DNA of 64,000 bases from IMG/VR virus record IMGVR_UViG_2622736592_000004, positions 1-64,000 of that record. The stretch is one strand, 5' to 3'. Under the pieces are notes generated by a model. The model was not told the origin of the DNA and did no database searches. It worked only from the letters and a program-made list of their open reading frames with translations. The DNA comes from a virus (Duplodnaviria; Caudoviricetes). The translations under genes were made by a program, and so were the position numbers. Shown piece after piece: positions 59,817 through 64,000 of this stretch (position 1 is its first letter; each line of letters starts with the position of its first letter).

Positions 59817-60473
59817 CTAGAGGTACGAGTCGCCCCAGCTCACCGCCGGAGGGAAGGCGTACAGCGGCAGCAGATTCTGCCCAGGGGCCGTGCCATCGTC
59901 TTGCTCCTCGTCGGCTGCCTGTTCTCGCAACGTCTTCGCCAACGCCCTCAGTTCGGCGGCGACAGCAGCGCCGTTCGTCGTCAGGTCTTGCATGCTAATG
60001 ACCTTGGAGATCAGCACCTCCGACCCGGCGATGATTTCCAGCGCGGCGGCGGCACCCCGCTTGACGCTGCTTCCCTCGGCGGTGATCAGTGCGGCAAGCT
60101 GGGCGTCCTCGAACAGCGGGGCTGTCTCGTCAAGGTCGGAGATCCGCAGTCGCACCATGCCGATAGGGGTGGCCGGGTCAACCGTGATGGGCGGTAGGCC
60201 TACCAGGTCGCGGGCTACAACGAACCTGCCTTGCACCGCATCCTCGGCGGTACCGGTCGCGGTGAGGCTGTACGTGTGGGTTCCGGGGGCTGCAACCTGG
60301 TAGACGGCCCGGTAGGTGCTGCCATCAGCGGTGACCGTCATGGCAGCGGTCGTGCCGTCGGGGCGGGTCACCTCACCCGCTACGGTCGCGCCCGTCACCG
60401 GGTCGCCGTTGACACCACGCAGCGTCCATTCGGCGATGAACTGCTGCCCCTGCCAGTAGACGCGTGCGCTCAC
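59817..60473 (-). CDS. Head-tail adaptor with an N-terminal Ig-like domain
   Basis: C-terminal TPIGMVRLRISD...FEDAQL..AAAALE adaptor motif; N-terminal beta-sandwich VTRPDG..YRAVY..PGTHTY. Confidence 0.7.
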   Translation of the reverse strand: MSARVYWQGQQFIAEWTLRGVNGDPVTGATVAGEVTRPDGTTAAMTVTADGSTYRAVYQVAAPGTHTYSLTATGTAEDAVQGRFVVARDLVGLPPITVDPATPIGMVRLRISDLDETAPLFEDAQLAALITAEGSSVKRGAAAALEIIAGSEVLISKVISMQDLTTNGAAVAAELRALAKTLREQAADEEQDDGTAPGQNLLPLYAFPPAVSWGDSYL

Positions 60474-61804
60474 AGCAGGGTCACCTCCGACCGTTGAGGC
60501 GTGGAGACTGTGCTGCCGGCGGGGATACGAACCTCGCCCCGGGCGGGTGGCGGGAGGGCGACGCCTGCAACCGACCATCCGGTGCTGATGGTCCCCTCCG
60601 CCGTGGCGGCTGTTGACCAGACTGCGTCTAGGGTTCCGCCTACGGGGGCGGTGACCGCCCAGCCGGTGGTGATCGCACCCGACGTGGGGGCGGCCACATC
60701 CCACACGGTGGCGGTGCTACCGGCGGCCGTTGACCGCACAGACCACGAGGTGCCCGCGCTGCCGCCGACTGTGGCCGAGGTAGCCCAGCCGGTGGAGGCG
60801 CTGCCTGCCGCCGCCGCCAACGCCGACCACGCGGTGCTGACACTGCCGCCCGTTGAGGTAGCCGTCGCCCAGCCAGTTACCGTGCTGCCCGACACCTGCG
60901 CGGCCACATCCCACGATGTGCTGACCCCACCGCCAGCCGCAGCGTCAACCGACCAACCGGTGGCGACCGCGCCCGACACGGTGGATGCCACAGACCATCC
61001 GGTCGCTGTCGACCCGGATGCCGTTGACGCCACCGACCACGCAGAGGCCACCGCACTAGACAGCGGGGAGGCCACCGACCAGGTGGTGCCCGCGCCGCCC
61101 GTGACCGGAGCCGACAGCGACCAGGCAGTGCCCACCGCACCCGACACAGGTGTGGTTGTCGCAGTTGGGGCGACCTCCACCAGCAGACCGATCATGGAGC
61201 TGCTGACATCGGAGGTGACAGTCTCCCCGCCGTAACTGCCTGTCGACCCGACCAGCACATACCCGGCCGCCGCCCGCACGTTCGCGTTCGTCGTCGCCCG
61301 AGACGTGCTGGTGTCGACGACCTCCGTGTAGGAGCCGTCGAGGTTGATGTTGGTGGGGATCGTGCCGGACCCGACGCGGCTGTGTGCGTCCACCAGCAGC
61401 GCCGCACCGGCTGTGACACCTGTCAGGGTGGGCAGGGTGACCGTGGTGCCGGTCGCGTTGGCGGCGGCGGCCTGAGCGATGCTGTCCGCCCCGCGCACCA
61501 CCAGCAGCTCCCAGCCGCCCGTCACGCTGCCCGAGTTGGTGATTGTCGGCGCGGTGTCCCCGGATTGCAGGATCCGATACCAGGCGTACATCCGGGATGC
61601 GGACCCATCCGCGTACGGCCACGTCACCCCGGGTAGCAGCGTCCACCCGGCCGGCGTGGACATGGTGAGGGATCCGCCGGACACGTGCCCGACTAGCAGG
61701 CCAATGTCGCCGTCAGCCCACCCGACAGGAAAGCTGGTGGCGAACGATGTCGCGGTCGCTGAGCCGGGGTTGCCGGAGGCGACACCCACGTAGGAGACCG
61801 CCAC
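60470..61804 (-). CDS. Virion fibre protein with 14 x 14-aa Trp repeats
   Basis: G-x-x-x-T-x-W-x-(V/A) periodicity in the C-terminal half; N-terminal beta domain (GDIGLL..TPAGWT). Confidence 0.75.
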   Translation of the reverse strand: MAVSYVGVASGNPGSATATSFATSFPVGWADGDIGLLVGHVSGGSLTMSTPAGWTLLPGVTWPYADGSASRMYAWYRILQSGDTAPTITNSGSVTGGWELLVVRGADSIAQAAAANATGTTVTLPTLTGVTAGAALLVDAHSRVGSGTIPTNINLDGSYTEVVDTSTSRATTNANVRAAAGYVLVGSTGSYGGETVTSDVSSSMIGLLVEVAPTATTTPVSGAVGTAWSLSAPVTGGAGTTWSVASPLSSAVASAWSVASTASGSTATGWSVASTVSGAVATGWSVDAAAGGGVSTSWDVAAQVSGSTVTGWATATSTGGSVSTAWSALAAAAGSASTGWATSATVGGSAGTSWSVRSTAAGSTATVWDVAAPTSGAITTGWAVTAPVGGTLDAVWSTAATAEGTISTGWSVAGVALPPPARGEVRIPAGSTVSTPQRSEVTLL

Positions 61805-61820
61805 CGCGACCTCCTGCCCG

Positions 61821-62747
61821 TCAGCGCATCAGGTCGACGAACGCGGCCCGCTCGCGGTCCCGCACGTACGTCCGCCCGTCCGGGTAGGTCAGGGTCGCGT
61901 CGAGGTGGCAGTTGCCCCGGTAGAACCACGCGACGTCCGGCACGTCCGGCTGCGCCCGCAGGTACGCCATGTTGTCCCGCATCGCCTGCGCGCAGATCGC
62001 CCCGTCAGGGTCGTAGGCGGCACCGGACTTGAGCGTCGGCTTCCGTTGGATGCCCCACTCGGGGATCACCAGCGGACGGCCAACGCGCCGCGCCTGAGCG
62101 AGCGCGAAGTCGTTCCGCTCGACCGGGGTGCGATACCGCTCGTATCCGGTGTCGTAGATGTCGAACCCGACGGCGTCCACCCCATCAAACGCCGCCGCCT
62201 GCCCGAAGTCCTGCCACCATGCGTTGTTGCGGCGCGCGGCGTACTCCGTGAAAACGGGCACCAGCCACACCTCACGCCGTCGTGGATGGTCGGCGAGCGC
62301 TTCGAGCAGCTCCAGCCACTCCTGCCGGTACTCCGCCGGGGTTGGGTCTCCGGAGTCCTGCTGCTCAGGCTCGTGGTCCAGGGTCAGCAGGTCCACCACG
62401 CCACGCCTCGCCGCCGGCCGCGCCGACAGCCAGTCCCGGATCAGCGCCGGGGATGTCGTGCGAGACCAGTCCTTGAACGAGTAGTGCAGCACCGTGTCCA
62501 CCGGCACCTGGGCGAGCATCCCCGACGACCACGGCGCGATGCCCTTTCCCGGTGCGCTGTAGAGGCGCATCAGTCGGGGCTGCGGGTAGCGGGTGGCCAT
62601 GCGCTGGATGTCCGTCACGGTGCTGTCCGGTGGGCACCAGCCGAGCAGGGTCGACCCGTCCTGCACGGTAACCGTCGTCGCCGTGACGGTGGTGTTGCCG
62701 GTGGCGTCACGTACCCGCCCGGTCAACACGACCGTGCGGGCTGCCAT
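61821..62747 (-). CDS. Clan GH-A (GH26-like) glycoside hydrolase
   Basis: DHEPE (acid/base), VDAVGFDIY and RPLVIPEWG (nucleophile). Confidence 0.75.
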   Translation of the reverse strand: MAARTVVLTGRVRDATGNTTVTATTVTVQDGSTLLGWCPPDSTVTDIQRMATRYPQPRLMRLYSAPGKGIAPWSSGMLAQVPVDTVLHYSFKDWSRTTSPALIRDWLSARPAARRGVVDLLTLDHEPEQQDSGDPTPAEYRQEWLELLEALADHPRRREVWLVPVFTEYAARRNNAWWQDFGQAAAFDGVDAVGFDIYDTGYERYRTPVERNDFALAQARRVGRPLVIPEWGIQRKPTLKSGAAYDPDGAICAQAMRDNMAYLRAQPDVPDVAWFYRGNCHLDATLTYPDGRTYVRDRERAAFVDLMR

Positions 62748-63040
62748 CAGGCGACCGAGACTGTGAACCGGCCGGGGGCCGACGGGTCCTCGACGATCGT
62801 CACGCCCGGGTCATTGGCGGTCAGCTCGTAGGTGAGCGGATCCCCGACCGTGACCGTGGTCGTGGCGGACGCGGTGGCACCGTTGGCGTCGGTGACGCTG
62901 CCGGACAGGGTGATGGTGCGGGCGTCCGGGTCGAACGCGTCGATCCACACCTGCACCGCCTGGCCGGGCTGCACCGTGTCGGGGGAGGCGACAATCGAAC
63001 GGATGATGGGGGCGGCCATGCGGCGTCCAATCTGAATCAT
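62747..63040 (-). CDS. Small Ig-like protein with a relocated beta-hairpin
   Basis: PIIRSIVASPDTVQPG..V.IDAFDPD[26-aa insert]GDPLTY. Confidence 0.7.
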   Translation of the reverse strand: MIQIGRRMAAPIIRSIVASPDTVQPGQAVQVWIDAFDPDARTITLSGSVTDANGATASATTTVTVGDPLTYELTANDPGVTIVEDPSAPGRFTVSVA

Positions 63041-63043
63041 GGG

Positions 63044-63580
63044 TCAGAGGGTGTCGCCGAGCCAGGCGAAAGTGGCTCCGTCGGCGGCGAGAGGGGCGGT
63101 GTTGGCGGCGGTGCGGCGCACCCAGAACGCCTTCACCTGACCGGGGCCAATGTCGCCGAGGCTGAGCGCAGCCCCGCTCGTGGTCGGAGTGGAGAACGTG
63201 ACCCCAGCCGGGGCGGTCGTGTCGTTGGCGATCGTGACGGCCTGAGCCGACGACGACCCGACAGCGGATACGGCGGTCGGATCCACACCGATCGCCACCG
63301 ACGCACCACCCGACACTTCGGCGGAGACGTACACCTTCGCCGCCTGGAGTGTCAGGCTGCCGTGGGTGTTGTGCACGAACACGCAGGCGTAGTCGACCTG
63401 GCTCGCCGCGTTCTCCGCGCCGGTGATGTTGGGGAACAGGCCGTTGGTGCTGCCGTCGGCGACGGTGGTCGTCGACACGTACTTGCCGAGAGATGCCCCC
63501 ACCACCCCGGCGGTGGTGTTACCCGCAGAGCCTGAGGTGGTGGACAGCTTGAACACGATGTCGGACGCGACGATCGCCAC
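63044..63580 (-). CDS. Putative virion structural protein
   Basis: MAIVASDI..KLS...FPNITG.E...DYACVFVHN...LGDI.PG...FWVRR. Confidence 0.7.
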   Translation of the reverse strand: MAIVASDIVFKLSTTSGSAGNTTAGVVGASLGKYVSTTTVADGSTNGLFPNITGAENAASQVDYACVFVHNTHGSLTLQAAKVYVSAEVSGGASVAIGVDPTAVSAVGSSSAQAVTIANDTTAPAGVTFSTPTTSGAALSLGDIGPGQVKAFWVRRTAANTAPLAADGATFAWLGDTL

Positions 63581-63640
63581 GACACACCTCCTGCTGGCGG
63601 GTTGCGATCACGAGAACCTGCGCTGCGCGCGGATGCTGGA

Positions 63641-63677
63641 CACCCCGGCCGCCCGGGGAGAGGGGCGGCCGGGGGTG
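63641..63677 (-). terminator. Hairpin terminator
   Basis: CACCCCGGCCGCCC...GGGCGGCCGGGGGTG. Confidence 0.6.
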
Positions 63678-63685
63678 CTCAGGGG

Positions 63686-64000
63686 TTACTGCTGCCGCTG
63701 CTGGGCGAGCTTGACCAGGTCGGCCTTGTCCTGCTTGGCCAGGTCGTCGTAGTCGCCGCCCTGCTTGACGTGCCACTCCACCCACACCGGCTGACCGGCG
63801 TTGGGGTGCGGCATCGACCCGTCCTTGGGCAGCTTCGCCTGCGCGGCAGCCCTCTTCGAGTCAGCCGAGTCGGCGTCGGACTGGTCCCCGGTGGGCTGCT
63901 CGCCCGACGAGTAGGTGGAGGTGAGCACGCCGTCGCTGTCGCGGCGCGGCACGTCGTCGTCGAGGTCGTCTGCCTCGATGGTGGTGAGGCCGTCGGCGTT
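63686..64000 (-). CDS. Partial head-module gene (C-terminal part)
   Basis: P..NA....WVEW..K.G......K.DL motif typical of genes following actinophage capsid genes; truncated by the window edge. Confidence 0.5.
   Translation of the reverse strand, partial: NADGLTTIEADDLDDDVPRRDSDGVLTSTYSSGEQPTGDQSDADSADSKRAAAQAKLPKDGSMPHPNAGQPVWVEWHVKQGGDYDDLAKQDKADLVKLAQQRQQ

Larger units (their letters stand above)
1..64000. mobile_element. Large actinomycete siphovirus/prophage segment (partial) carrying a conjugation module
   Basis: Tape measure, tail tube, tail chaperone frameshift, distal tail, endolysin/holin, replication initiator, and dense overlapping small genes; no host housekeeping genes seen. 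Confidence 0.95.

Noticed and set aside
60501-61235. Repetitive plus-strand ORF
   Set aside because: Antisense mirror of the Trp-repeat gene
1-64000. tRNA, rRNA, integrase, transposase, or reverse transcriptase (DGR/retron)
   Set aside because: No cloverleaf or T-loop context and no recombinase, DDE or YxDD reverse-transcriptase signatures recognised by eye; a covariance or HMM search would be needed to exclude them fully

Overview
The whole 64 kb window looks like part of one large, high-GC actinomycete siphovirus or prophage. No integrase, terminase, portal or capsid gene is visible; these probably lie outside the window. Layout: (i) 1-14.1 kb, a leftward arm of tiny overlapping genes, including a MazG-like protein, DUF433, HicAB, a lipoprotein, a PD-(D/E)XK nuclease and a wHTH replication initiator with internal iterons; (ii) 14.3-27.6 kb, a rightward arm of small orphan genes, a second MazG-like NTPase and two GIY-YIG proteins; (iii) 27.8-37.1 kb, a Streptomyces-plasmid/AICE-type conjugation module (GntR/KorSA-like repressor, Spd-like membrane proteins, TraB/FtsK ATPase, membrane-anchored GIY-YIG protein) containing a dense GTCAC repeat field; (iv) 37.1-45 kb, terminator-bounded cassettes, most with their own HTH gene and palindromic operator; (v) 45.2-64 kb, minus-strand lysis, tail and head-tail genes. 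Most striking: a small Ig-like virion protein whose last beta-hairpin appears relocated into a loop, next to a GH26-like hydrolase that begins with a copy of the same hairpin (candidate donor-hairpin fibre with an enzyme tip); the conjugation module embedded in a tailed phage; and an endolysin with a collagen tail and an internal start site. All calls come from reading motifs by eye; no database searches were run.
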